Below the pieces are notes generated by a model. The model saw nothing but the letters and a program-made list of their open reading frames with translations, ran no database searches and had not been told where the DNA came from. 64,000 bases of DNA, from the NCBI RefSeq assembly GCF_017650195.1, contig NZ_JAGCFH010000102.1, forward strand, positions 40,845 to 104,844. Direction: 5' to 3'. The stretch is from Ruminococcus sp. (GTDB lineage Bacteria > Bacillota > Clostridia > Oscillospirales > Ruminococcaceae). Shown piece after piece: positions 53,071 through 62,027 of this stretch. The position numbers and the translations under genes were made by a program. How positions within the stretch are numbered: position 1 is the stretch's first letter; each line of letters opens with the position of its first letter.

Positions 53071-54492
53071 ATGCAGTTATATAATTCACTGTCACATAAG
53101 AAAGAGGAATTTGTACCTCATACTACGGGAAAAGTCAATATGTACACCTGCGGACCTACCGTGTATCATTTTGCACACATAGGTAATCTCAGGAGCTACA
53201 TCATGGAGGACGTTCTCGAAAAGTACCTGCGCTTCATCGGCTACAATGTGAACCGCGTCATGAACATCACAGATGTGGGACATCTTACCAGCGATGGCGA
53301 TACAGGCGACGACAAAATGCTTAAGGGTGCTAAGCGCGAGCATAAGACTGTCATGGAGATAGCCAAGTTCTATACAGATGCATTTTTTGAGGACTGCAAG
53401 AAGCTCAACGTCAGAAAGCCAGATACAGTAGTTCCGGCAACTACTTATATCGACGAGTTCATACGAGTTATCAGTACTCTTATGGAAAAAGGCTATGCTT
53501 ACGAAGCTGGCGGAAATATATACTTCGATACTTCAAAGCTTGAAAAGTACTATGTTTTCAACGATTTCAACGAGGAAGACCTTGCAGTAGGTGTTCGTGA
53601 GGGCGTTGAGGCTGACGAGAACAAGCGCAATAAGGCTGACTTCGTGCTCTGGTTTACCAAGTCCAAATTCGACGATCAGGAGCTCAAATGGGACAGCCCG
53701 TGGGGTGTAGGCTATCCGGGCTGGCATATCGAGTGTTCATGCATAAGTATGAAGAACAACGGCGAGTATCTTGATATCCACTGCGGCGGCATCGACAATG
53801 CTTTCCCTCATCATACCAACGAGATAGCGCAGTCTGAGGCATACCTCGGACACAAGTGGTGCAATTATTGGTTCCATGTACTCCACCTAAATACAAACAG
53901 CGGCAAGATGAGCAAGAGCAAGGGTGAGTTTCTGACGGTATCGCTTCTTGAAGAAAAGGGTTACAAGCCAGTGGTATACCGTTTCTTCTGCCTACAGTCA
54001 CACTACAGGAAATCGCTTGTGTTCTCGTGGGAGAACCTTGACAACGCTGTAGCTGCATACAACAAGCTTACAGAGAAGATAGCTCCGCTTACAAAGGAGA
54101 GCGGTGGAGATATTGACAAGGCTGAATATGATCGTCTTATGACAGCTTTCAATGAAGCACTCGGAAACGATATCAATACAGCTATGGGCATAACTGTTAT
54201 ATATGACGTTCTGAAATCAAAGGCAAATGCAGCTACAAAGCTTGCACTTATAAATGAATTCGACAAGGTAATGGGACTTGACCTTATCGCAAACGCCAAG
54301 GAGCTTGCAGACAATGCAGGTGCGGCTTCTGCTGATATACCCGCCGAGGTACTTGCACTCGTTGAACAGCGTCAGGCTGCGCGTAAGGAAAAGAACTTTG
54401 CACTGGCAGATGAGCTCCGTGATAAAATAGCGGCTCTCGGCTATGAGGTCAAGGAAACAAGACAGGGTACTGAAATCAACAAGTTAAATTAA
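53071..54492 (+). CDS. cysS: Cysteine--tRNA ligase
   Basis: YTCGPTVY, HIGN, PGWHIEC, FPHHTNE, KMSKS. Confidence 0.97.
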   Translation: MQLYNSLSHKKEEFVPHTTGKVNMYTCGPTVYHFAHIGNLRSYIMEDVLEKYLRFIGYNVNRVMNITDVGHLTSDGDTGDDKMLKGAKREHKTVMEIAKFYTDAFFEDCKKLNVRKPDTVVPATTYIDEFIRVISTLMEKGYAYEAGGNIYFDTSKLEKYYVFNDFNEEDLAVGVREGVEADENKRNKADFVLWFTKSKFDDQELKWDSPWGVGYPGWHIECSCISMKNNGEYLDIHCGGIDNAFPHHTNEIAQSEAYLGHKWCNYWFHVLHLNTNSGKMSKSKGEFLTVSLLEEKGYKPVVYRFFCLQSHYRKSLVFSWENLDNAVAAYNKLTEKIAPLTKESGGDIDKAEYDRLMTAFNEALGNDINTAMGITVIYDVLKSKANAATKLALINEFDKVMGLDLIANAKELADNAGAASADIPAEVLALVEQRQAARKEKNFALADELRDKIAALGYEVKETRQGTEINKLN

Positions 54493-54629
54493 GCGATATG
54501 TGATTTGAATGCATAATTCATAATTATAGGTGTTCGTCACATGACGGATATAATGAATAATTAAATACGTCAGCGTAATACGACCCATTAATTATGTATT
54601 ATGAATTGAAAAAAGAACGGAGAATCCCA

Positions 54630-55415
54630 ATGGCACGACTCTATCCCCTTTTCAGCTCCAGCAAGGGCAATTCCACATTTATCGGCACTGAAAAGGGCGG
54701 TATTCTTATAGACTGCGGCGTCAGCTTTAAACGGCTCTCGGAAGCCCTTGAAGTGAATAATATACCGCTGAGCGCGGTTCAGGGAGTGTTCATAACCCAT
54801 GAGCACTCCGACCACATCGCAGGTCTGAATATGCTCACAAAGAAGACTGGTATGCCGGTATACGGACAGAAGCGTACTCTGCAAAGACTCTGCGACAGCA
54901 ATAAGATAGCGGTGAATTCGCCAGTTATTGATTTAAACGGCAAGACCATAAGTTGCGGTGGCAGTGAGGTTAGCTGTTTTGATACTCCTCATGACGCCAT
55001 ACAGAGCTGCGGCTACCGCATACATACCTCTGACGACAAATACTGTGCGATATGCACCGACCTCGGTCACGTTACCCCTGAGGTGGACGAAGCCCTTACA
55101 GGCTGCCGCATGGTACTGATAGAAGCAAATTACGACGATTATATGCTGCGCAGAGGTCCATATCCGCTGTACCTGAAGGAGCGTATCCTCTCGCAGAACG
55201 GTCATCTCTCCAACGACGACTGCGCTGTTCAGGTGGGCAGACTCATAGAGCGAGGAACTACACATTTTCTTCTCGGACATCTCAGTCAGGATAACAATCG
55301 TCCCGATATTGCTGACGGAACTGTACAAAGAAGCCTTGAAAGATTCGCAAGAGGAAGGGACTATCTTCTTGGTGTAGCTCCTGTTGAAACACAAGGAGGA
55401 GCGGTAATATTCTGA
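54630..55415 (+). CDS. MBL-fold metallohydrolase (WalJ/YycJ-like)
   Basis: SSSKGN, THEHSDH, EANYD, GHLSN, GHLSQDNN; precedes rlmH as in other Firmicutes. Confidence 0.88.
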   Translation: MARLYPLFSSSKGNSTFIGTEKGGILIDCGVSFKRLSEALEVNNIPLSAVQGVFITHEHSDHIAGLNMLTKKTGMPVYGQKRTLQRLCDSNKIAVNSPVIDLNGKTISCGGSEVSCFDTPHDAIQSCGYRIHTSDDKYCAICTDLGHVTPEVDEALTGCRMVLIEANYDDYMLRRGPYPLYLKERILSQNGHLSNDDCAVQVGRLIERGTTHFLLGHLSQDNNRPDIADGTVQRSLERFARGRDYLLGVAPVETQGGAVIF

Positions 55416-55887
55416 TGAATATAAATCTGATAGTCATAGGAAAACTGAAAGAGGACTATCTCCGCAGCGCCTGCGGGGAATACATCAAGAGGCTGGGAAG
55501 ATACTGCACCTTTGAGCTCCATGAGCTGGACGAGTGCCGCCTCAGCGACGATCCGTCGGAGAAGGAGATAGTTTTGGCGCTGAAAAAGGAAGCGGAGCAG
55601 ATTAAAAAGTACGCAAAGGGCATGACAGTACCGTTATGTATCGAAGGAAAGCAGATGACAAGTCCCGAGCTTTCGGAGAAGATAAGTTCAGCCGGAGTGA
55701 GCGGACAGAGCACAGTCACTTTCATTATCGGCAGCTCCCACGGACTTGACCCAGAAATAAAAGCAATGGGAGCTTTAAGCTTTCAATGTCGAAGATGACC
55801 TTTCCACACCAGCTTGCAAGGGTAATGCTCCTTGAACAGATATATCGTTCATTCCAGATAGCGGAGGGCGGAAAATACCATAAATGA
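55415..55887 (+). pseudogene. rlmH: 23S rRNA pseudouridine-1915 N3-methyltransferase, frameshifted near 55772 (real lesion or sequencing error)
   Basis: IGKLKE..FIIGSSHGL in one frame; [35 protein letters not shown] continues in the alternative frame. Confidence 0.85.
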
Positions 55888-55942
55888 TAGTAGATATGTA
55901 TGGGTGATGCCAGATTGTCCCGAATTGAATATTTTATTGTTA

Positions 55943-55971
55943 CAAAAGCGGACAAAACTGTCCGTTTTTTG
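55943..55971 (+). terminator. Terminator after rlmH
   Basis: AAAAGCGGACA-aaac-TGTCCGTTTTTT. Confidence 0.8.
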
Positions 55972-56000
55972 CTTTATATAGCAGAATGACAGCTTTTTAC

Positions 56001-56029
56001 TTGACAGCATAAATGGCTTGTGATATAAT
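56001..56029 (+). promoter_or_regulatory. Sigma-A promoter of the wzm/wzt cluster
   Basis: TTGACA-17 nt-TATAAT with a TG extended -10. Confidence 0.85.
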
Positions 56030-56100
56030 TAAAAGATACTATGGAATTTTATGCGCTTTTGACGAAAAACGCCGTCTATCAGCGCTTTAAGGAGCGTTAA

Positions 56101-56871
56101 ATGAGTACGATAAAAGAGCTGTATGCATACAGACAAATGATATTCAGCCTTGTAAAAAAGGACCTGCGCGGACGTTATAAGGGTTCAGTCCTCGGCTTTC
56201 TATGGACCTTTATCAATCCTCTTTTCCAGCTGATAGTTTATACAATAGTCTTCACACATATACTCCCGAACAATGCTATAGAGAAGTATTACCTTTATCT
56301 TTTTGTTGCGCTGATACCGTGGATATTTTTCTCCTCTGCGATAACAACTGGAGCAGCTTCCGTTTTGGCACAGAAGGATCTCGTGAAAAAGATATACTTC
56401 CCTAGAATGGTCATTCCCATATCCTACGTGACCAGTTGCTTTGTGAATATGCTGCTAAGCTTCATAGTGGTATTTGCAGTCATAATCGTAACAGGAACAG
56501 GCTTCAACTTCCTTGCTTTGCTTACACTTCCTGTAATTATGATAGTGGAATATATTTTTGCGCTTGGAATGTCTTTGCTGACCTCGGCTGTTACCGTTTA
56601 TTTCAGAGATCTCGAGCATATCCTGGGTATTGTGGCTATGGGATGGATGTACCTTACTCCTATCGTGTATCAGGTACCTCCAAAGTATGAAAAGTATTTT
56701 AATCTCAATCCTATGACGCATATAATTAACTGTTACAGAACGGTTTTGTACCGCAAGCAGGTACCAGACCTTTCGACGCTTCTTCTGGCGGCAGGACTGG
56801 GAGTATTCTTCCTTATTATCGGTACATTGGTATTCAACAAGCTACAAAAGCATTTTGCGGAGGAACTCTAA
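56101..56871 (+). CDS. Polysaccharide ABC exporter permease (Wzm/TagG-like)
   Basis: RYKGSVLGFLWTFINPL, KIYFPR, YFRDLEH, TPIVY, NP. Confidence 0.9.
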   Translation: MSTIKELYAYRQMIFSLVKKDLRGRYKGSVLGFLWTFINPLFQLIVYTIVFTHILPNNAIEKYYLYLFVALIPWIFFSSAITTGAASVLAQKDLVKKIYFPRMVIPISYVTSCFVNMLLSFIVVFAVIIVTGTGFNFLALLTLPVIMIVEYIFALGMSLLTSAVTVYFRDLEHILGIVAMGWMYLTPIVYQVPPKYEKYFNLNPMTHIINCYRTVLYRKQVPDLSTLLLAAGLGVFFLIIGTLVFNKLQKHFAEEL

Positions 56872-58112
56872 TGGCAGAGAATGAAATTGCAATAGATGTC
56901 AAAGACGTGACAAAGAGCTTTAGGGTATACCTTGACAAGGGTTCACAGCTGAAGGAAAGGCTCCTCTCCTTCAAAAGGAATAGGTATGAGGAGCGAAAGG
57001 TGCTCAGGGGCATAAGCTTTAAAGTGAACAAGGGCGAGGCTATAGGTCTTATAGGCAGGAACGGCTGCGGTAAGAGTACTACTCTTAAGCTGCTGACGAG
57101 GATAATGTATCCCGATTCAGGAACTATAAAGATGAACGGCAGAGTTTCAAGCCTTATCGAGCTTGGAGCAGGCTTCCACCCGGATATGAGTGGCAGAGAG
57201 AACATCTATACCAACGCTTCCATATTCGGACTTACCAAAAAAGAGATAGATGCGAGATTACAGGATATTATCGATTTCTCGGAGCTTGCAAGCTTCATAG
57301 ACAATCCCGTCCGTACCTACTCTTCGGGAATGTATATGCGCCTTGCCTTTTCTGTAGCAATAAATGTTGATGCAGATATACTCCTCATAGATGAGATACT
57401 TGCGGTAGGTGACGCCAATTTTCAGGCGAAATGTTTCAACAAGCTAAAGGAAATAAAGTCTCAGGGCACGACTATAGTCATAGTATCACATTCCCTCGGA
57501 CAGATAGAGCAGATATGCGACCGCTCTATATGGATATTGGACGGTCTTATCCGCGCTGAAGGCAATCCCAAGGAAGTAGACCTTGAATACCTTGACTTCA
57601 TGAGTCGCGAGATGCAGAAAAATATGAGCAGCGGCAATATCACCGGTGCTTGCGAGACAGAACGTCACGGCAACGGAAAGGCGCGTATAGAGAAGGTGTC
57701 CTCCTTTAATGTGGAAGGGGAGGAGCAGTCGGTTTTCCGTACGGGAGAGACGATAGTATTCAGGATAGACTACAGCGTAAATGAAAAGGTGGAGGACGCT
57801 GTTTTCGGCTTCGGAGTATTCAACAGCAAGGGAGTATCCTGCTACGGTACCAACACAAGGATAGAACGCTTTGACATTTATGATATTGCTGAAGATGGCA
57901 CAACGGAGATAGTTCTGGAAAACGTCCCCCTGCTTCCTGATGTGTATACCTTTGATTTTACAATAGAATGTGGCGACGGTATCCCCGTAGACTACTGTCG
58001 CCATATATACAAGATAGAGATACTGTCAAGTGTCGGAGATGTGGGCGTGGCAAGGATAAAGCACAGCTTCGGGCTTGACGATAACGTGGTCAAGAACGAA
58101 AAAAGTAACTGA
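56871..58112 (+). CDS. Polysaccharide ABC exporter ATPase with a C-terminal Wzt-C domain
   Basis: GRNGCGKST, YSSGMYMRLAF, DEILAVGD; about 150-aa beta-rich C-terminal extension. Confidence 0.9.
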   Translation: MAENEIAIDVKDVTKSFRVYLDKGSQLKERLLSFKRNRYEERKVLRGISFKVNKGEAIGLIGRNGCGKSTTLKLLTRIMYPDSGTIKMNGRVSSLIELGAGFHPDMSGRENIYTNASIFGLTKKEIDARLQDIIDFSELASFIDNPVRTYSSGMYMRLAFSVAINVDADILLIDEILAVGDANFQAKCFNKLKEIKSQGTTIVIVSHSLGQIEQICDRSIWILDGLIRAEGNPKEVDLEYLDFMSREMQKNMSSGNITGACETERHGNGKARIEKVSSFNVEGEEQSVFRTGETIVFRIDYSVNEKVEDAVFGFGVFNSKGVSCYGTNTRIERFDIYDIAEDGTTEIVLENVPLLPDVYTFDFTIECGDGIPVDYCRHIYKIEILSSVGDVGVARIKHSFGLDDNVVKNEKSN

Positions 58113-58125
58113 AAGGACATAAGAA

Positions 58126-58575
58126 ATGGACAATATAAATATCGAGCAGATAATGGCTGATATAAAAAGAGAGATAAAGGAAAAGGGCCTTACTTCGGAT
58201 ATGCTCAGCTTTGAGGATATCCCCTACAAGAAGACCGCTCAAGGCGGCTCACCTGCGGAGGCTGTGGACTATGTGACATCTCATTACTATGTGCAGCCCT
58301 ACCAGGAATTCACAGGCAATCCGGTGAAGGTATTCTTCAAGAAGGCTCTGCGCAAGGTCATGAGATTCTATGTTGACCCAATCGTTATGGAGCAGAACGA
58401 CTTCAACGCCAATACAGCCATAGCTATAAAGGCTATATCCGAGGATAAGTCAAAGGATATGAACAGTAGGGTTGAGACCCTTGAGATAGTGAACAAGGAG
58501 CTTGTAAAGCGCCTTGACAAGCTAGAACACGAGAACGCAGAGCTCCGCAGCATTATCGCAAAGGAGCAGGCATAA
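58126..58575 (+). CDS. Hypothetical coiled-coil protein in the glycan export cluster
   Basis: NIEQIMADIKREI, amphipathic KKALRKVMRFY..QNDFN, C-terminal coiled coil. Confidence 0.75.
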   Translation: MDNINIEQIMADIKREIKEKGLTSDMLSFEDIPYKKTAQGGSPAEAVDYVTSHYYVQPYQEFTGNPVKVFFKKALRKVMRFYVDPIVMEQNDFNANTAIAIKAISEDKSKDMNSRVETLEIVNKELVKRLDKLEHENAELRSIIAKEQA

Positions 58576-59654
58576 TGCGCGTAGTACAGCTACTTACCAC
58601 ACTCTCCTTCGGTGACGCTATAGGCAACGATACCATAGCCCTTAAGGGCGTTATCAGCGATATGGGGTACAAAACCGATATCTACGCTGAGAATATCGAC
58701 AAGCGCCTCCCCGACGGCATAGCAAAAAAGGCTGCAAAGCTCCGTGACCTGAAGAAGGATGATGTTCTCATATATCACAAGTCTACCGGCACAGACCTTA
58801 CATTCAAGCTTGAAAAGTACAAGTGCCGCAGGATAATGGTGTACCACAATGTAACACCTCCGGAGTTTTTTTGCTCCTACAGCATACCAGCAACACAGCT
58901 CACGGAGCTGGGCTACAAAGGGGTAGAGTTCCTCCGCGACAAGGTGGACTATGTGTTGGCAGTATCAGCATACAACAAATCTGAGCTTCTTAAAATGGGC
59001 TATACCTGCCCTATAGATATACGCCCCATACTTATAAAGTTTGAGGACTACAGGAAGGCTCCTGACGAAGCTGTGATAAAAAAATACAGCGATGGAAAAA
59101 AGAATCTTGTATTCGTGGGACGTATCGCTCCCAATAAGAGACAGGAAAACGTCATAAAAGCGTTTTACTGCTACAAGAAGCTGAATCCCGAGTCAAGGCT
59201 CATACTCGTTGGTTCTGCAAGGGGCATGGAAAACTATCAGGAGCGCCTTGTGAAGTACGCAAGGGCTCTCGGTATAGGCGACGACGTTATCTTTCCGGGA
59301 CATATAAAGTTCAGCGAGATACTTGCATATTACCACCTTGCTGACGCATTCGTGTGCATGAGCGAGCATGAGGGCTTTTGTGTACCTTTGGTAGAAGCGA
59401 TGTTTTTTGACGTTCCAGTGATAGCTTATGACACCAGCGCCATATCGGACACCCTTGGCGGCAGCGGAGTGCTTCTCGACAGCAACGATCCAGTATACGC
59501 GGCGGCTGTAATAGACAGAGTGCTCACTGACGACAAGCTCAGGGAGAGTATTATCGAGGGTCAGCGCAGACGTCTTGAGGACTTCTCCTACGAGAACGTC
59601 AGGGCTGTGTTCGAGAAGGAGCTCAGGGATTTCATAGAAGGCAGAAAAGGATAA
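58575..59654 (+). CDS. GT4 glycosyltransferase
   Basis: VGRIAPNK, SEHEGFCVPLVEAM. Confidence 0.9.
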   Translation: MRVVQLLTTLSFGDAIGNDTIALKGVISDMGYKTDIYAENIDKRLPDGIAKKAAKLRDLKKDDVLIYHKSTGTDLTFKLEKYKCRRIMVYHNVTPPEFFCSYSIPATQLTELGYKGVEFLRDKVDYVLAVSAYNKSELLKMGYTCPIDIRPILIKFEDYRKAPDEAVIKKYSDGKKNLVFVGRIAPNKRQENVIKAFYCYKKLNPESRLILVGSARGMENYQERLVKYARALGIGDDVIFPGHIKFSEILAYYHLADAFVCMSEHEGFCVPLVEAMFFDVPVIAYDTSAISDTLGGSGVLLDSNDPVYAAAVIDRVLTDDKLRESIIEGQRRRLEDFSYENVRAVFEKELRDFIEGRKG

Positions 59655-59658
59655 TAAA

Positions 59659-60858
59659 ATGAAAAAAATAGGATTTGTTATCCCGTGGTACAGTGAGAAG
59701 ATACCCGGCGGTGCCGAAATGGAGCTCCGCGGTCTCACCACGCATCTTCACGAGGCAGGAGTGGAAGTGGAAATGCTCAGCACCTGTGTGAAGGAGTTCT
59801 CCGCTGATTGGAACGAGAACTATTTCAGCGAGGGTACTGATACGGTACACGGGTTCACTATAAGGCGCTTCAAGGTAAGGAAGCGTAATACCAAGGCTTT
59901 TGACGCAGTGAATGCAAAGCTGATGAAGGGGCTGCCTGTCTCGGCTGAGGAGCAGCATACCTACGTAGAGGAAATGGTGAATAGTCCCGACCTTTGTGAG
60001 TATATCAGAGCTCATAAGGACGAGTATAGCCTTTTTGTGTTCATACCCTATATGTTCGGCACGACCTTCCATGGCTTGCAGGTCTGCCCTGAAAGATCAG
60101 TGCTGATACCCTGTTTCCATGACGAGCCTTATGTGTATATGGACGTATTCAAGCCGGTCTTCGAGAATATCGGCGGTATCATATACCACGCAAAGCCGGA
60201 GTACGAGTTGGCAAATCGTGTCTTTGACATGAGTCGCGTAAAGCAGGGCTGCCTTGGTGAGGGAGTATATACTGATCTCACCGGAAATGCTGCTGATTTC
60301 CGGAGCAAATTCGGCATAGACAGTCCATTTGTGATATACGCTGGAAGAAAAGACGAAGGCAAGAACGTCCACACCCTTGTGAAGTACTATTCAGAGTATG
60401 TCAAGCGAAGAGATACCGACCTTAAGCTCATACTCATAGGCGGAGGAAATATAGAGCTCCCCGGCGAGCTTGTAAAGCAGAAGAGGATAATCGATCTTGG
60501 ATTCATAGATATACAGGACAAGTACAATGCTCAGGCAGCGGCAGAGTTTCTCTGTCAGCCTTCAACCAACGAGAGCTTCTCCCTTGTCATTATGGAGAGC
60601 TGGCTGTGCGGACGTCCGGTGCTCGTGAACAGCGGCTGCGCGGTAACGAGAAATTTCGCTTCAGAGTCAAACGGCGGACTATATTTCGGTGACTATTTCG
60701 AGTTCGAGGGCTGTACGGATTGGTTCCTGAGCAATAAGGAGAAAGCAGCACAGATGGGCGAAAACGGCAGAAGCTATGTCCGCAGTAATTTTGCATGGGA
60801 CGTTATCGTTGATAAATACATGAAGTTTTTCAGAGAAGTGAGCGGAGATAAGGAATAA
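59659..60858 (+). CDS. GT4 glycosyltransferase
   Basis: GGAE, AGRKDEGKN, PSTNESFSLVIMESW. Confidence 0.88.
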   Translation: MKKIGFVIPWYSEKIPGGAEMELRGLTTHLHEAGVEVEMLSTCVKEFSADWNENYFSEGTDTVHGFTIRRFKVRKRNTKAFDAVNAKLMKGLPVSAEEQHTYVEEMVNSPDLCEYIRAHKDEYSLFVFIPYMFGTTFHGLQVCPERSVLIPCFHDEPYVYMDVFKPVFENIGGIIYHAKPEYELANRVFDMSRVKQGCLGEGVYTDLTGNAADFRSKFGIDSPFVIYAGRKDEGKNVHTLVKYYSEYVKRRDTDLKLILIGGGNIELPGELVKQKRIIDLGFIDIQDKYNAQAAAEFLCQPSTNESFSLVIMESWLCGRPVLVNSGCAVTRNFASESNGGLYFGDYFEFEGCTDWFLSNKEKAAQMGENGRSYVRSNFAWDVIVDKYMKFFREVSGDKE

Positions 60859-62027
60859 TGAAAAGGATAGCTCTTGTCAATCAGAGATACGGACTTGAAG
60901 TCAATGGCGGCTCGGAGTACTATACTCGGCTCATCGCCGAAAGACTCGCAGGTAGCTTTGATGTGGACGTCATCACAACAAAGGCTCTTGAATACACCAC
61001 ATGGGACAATTACTACAAGGCTGACGAGGAGGAAATAAACGGAGTTAGAGTGCTCCGTTTCCCAGTGGCAAAGCCCCGTGCAAAGGACTTCAACGACTAT
61101 AACGGAAAGTATCTGCGCTCGAGAAATTATAGCACAGAGGCAGAAAAGACATGGTTTGAGAAGCAGGGACCCTATTCTCCTGCGGCGATAGACTATATAC
61201 GCAGCAACAGAGACAAATACGACGTTTTTATATTCGTTACCTATCTGTATTATCTTACCGTCACGGGACTTCCTGAAGTGGCTGATAAGGCGGTGCTGAT
61301 ACCAACAGCTCACGAGGAGCCCTATATACACTTTAAGACATTCGAGAAGCTTTTCACTCTCCCGAAAGCCTTTGTTTTCCTTACCGACGAGGAAAAGGCT
61401 ATGGTGCAGAGGCTTTTTGACTGCAAGGACATACCCTGTCGGGTAATGGGTACGGGAGTTGAGGTTCCCTGTGAGCCTGATGAATCGGCTTTCCGCAGCA
61501 AGTTCGGCATTGAGGGCGATTACCTGATATACGTTGGACGTATCGACGAGGGCAAGAACTGCCCGGCAATGTTCAGATACTTCATTGAATACAAAAAACG
61601 ACGTCCCGATAGCGGACTTAAGCTGGTGCTAATGGGTAAGCCGGTATGCGATATACCCTCCCATAAGGATATAATCAGCCTCGGCTTCGTCAGCGAGGAG
61701 GACAAGTTCAGCGGCATAGTCGGAGCGAAATGTCTTTGGCTGCCGTCAAATTTCGAGAGCCTTTCAATATCGGTGCTGGAAGCGATGACGCTGTCGGTAC
61801 CTGTGATAGTCAACGGCGTCTGCGAGGTGCTCAAAGGGCACTGTATAAAGAGCAACGGCGGTCTGTATTATACGGATTATTTCGAGCTTGAAGGTATACT
61901 CGACTATATAATGTCCCACGGCAGGGAGTACGGGCTCATGCGTCAGAACGCAAAGGCTTACGTTGACAGGAACTACCGTTGGGAGGTAATAATGGAAGGC
62001 TTCAGGGAGGTTATCGGCAGAATATGA
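60858..62027 (+). CDS. GT4 glycosyltransferase (paralog of the preceding gene)
   Basis: GGSE, VGRIDEGKN, PSNFESLSISVLEAM. Confidence 0.88.
   Translation: MKRIALVNQRYGLEVNGGSEYYTRLIAERLAGSFDVDVITTKALEYTTWDNYYKADEEEINGVRVLRFPVAKPRAKDFNDYNGKYLRSRNYSTEAEKTWFEKQGPYSPAAIDYIRSNRDKYDVFIFVTYLYYLTVTGLPEVADKAVLIPTAHEEPYIHFKTFEKLFTLPKAFVFLTDEEKAMVQRLFDCKDIPCRVMGTGVEVPCEPDESAFRSKFGIEGDYLIYVGRIDEGKNCPAMFRYFIEYKKRRPDSGLKLVLMGKPVCDIPSHKDIISLGFVSEEDKFSGIVGAKCLWLPSNFESLSISVLEAMTLSVPVIVNGVCEVLKGHCIKSNGGLYYTDYFELEGILDYIMSHGREYGLMRQNAKAYVDRNYRWEVIMEGFREVIGRI

Noticed and set aside
54526-54590. Further REP-like doublet after cysS
   Set aside because: A hairpin is present but too degenerate (no GTAG start, no CGCCCG end) to count.
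55860-56100. Integrative element at the rlmH 3' end
   Set aside because: No att-like direct repeat, recombinase or cargo; a terminator and the wzm promoter follow directly.
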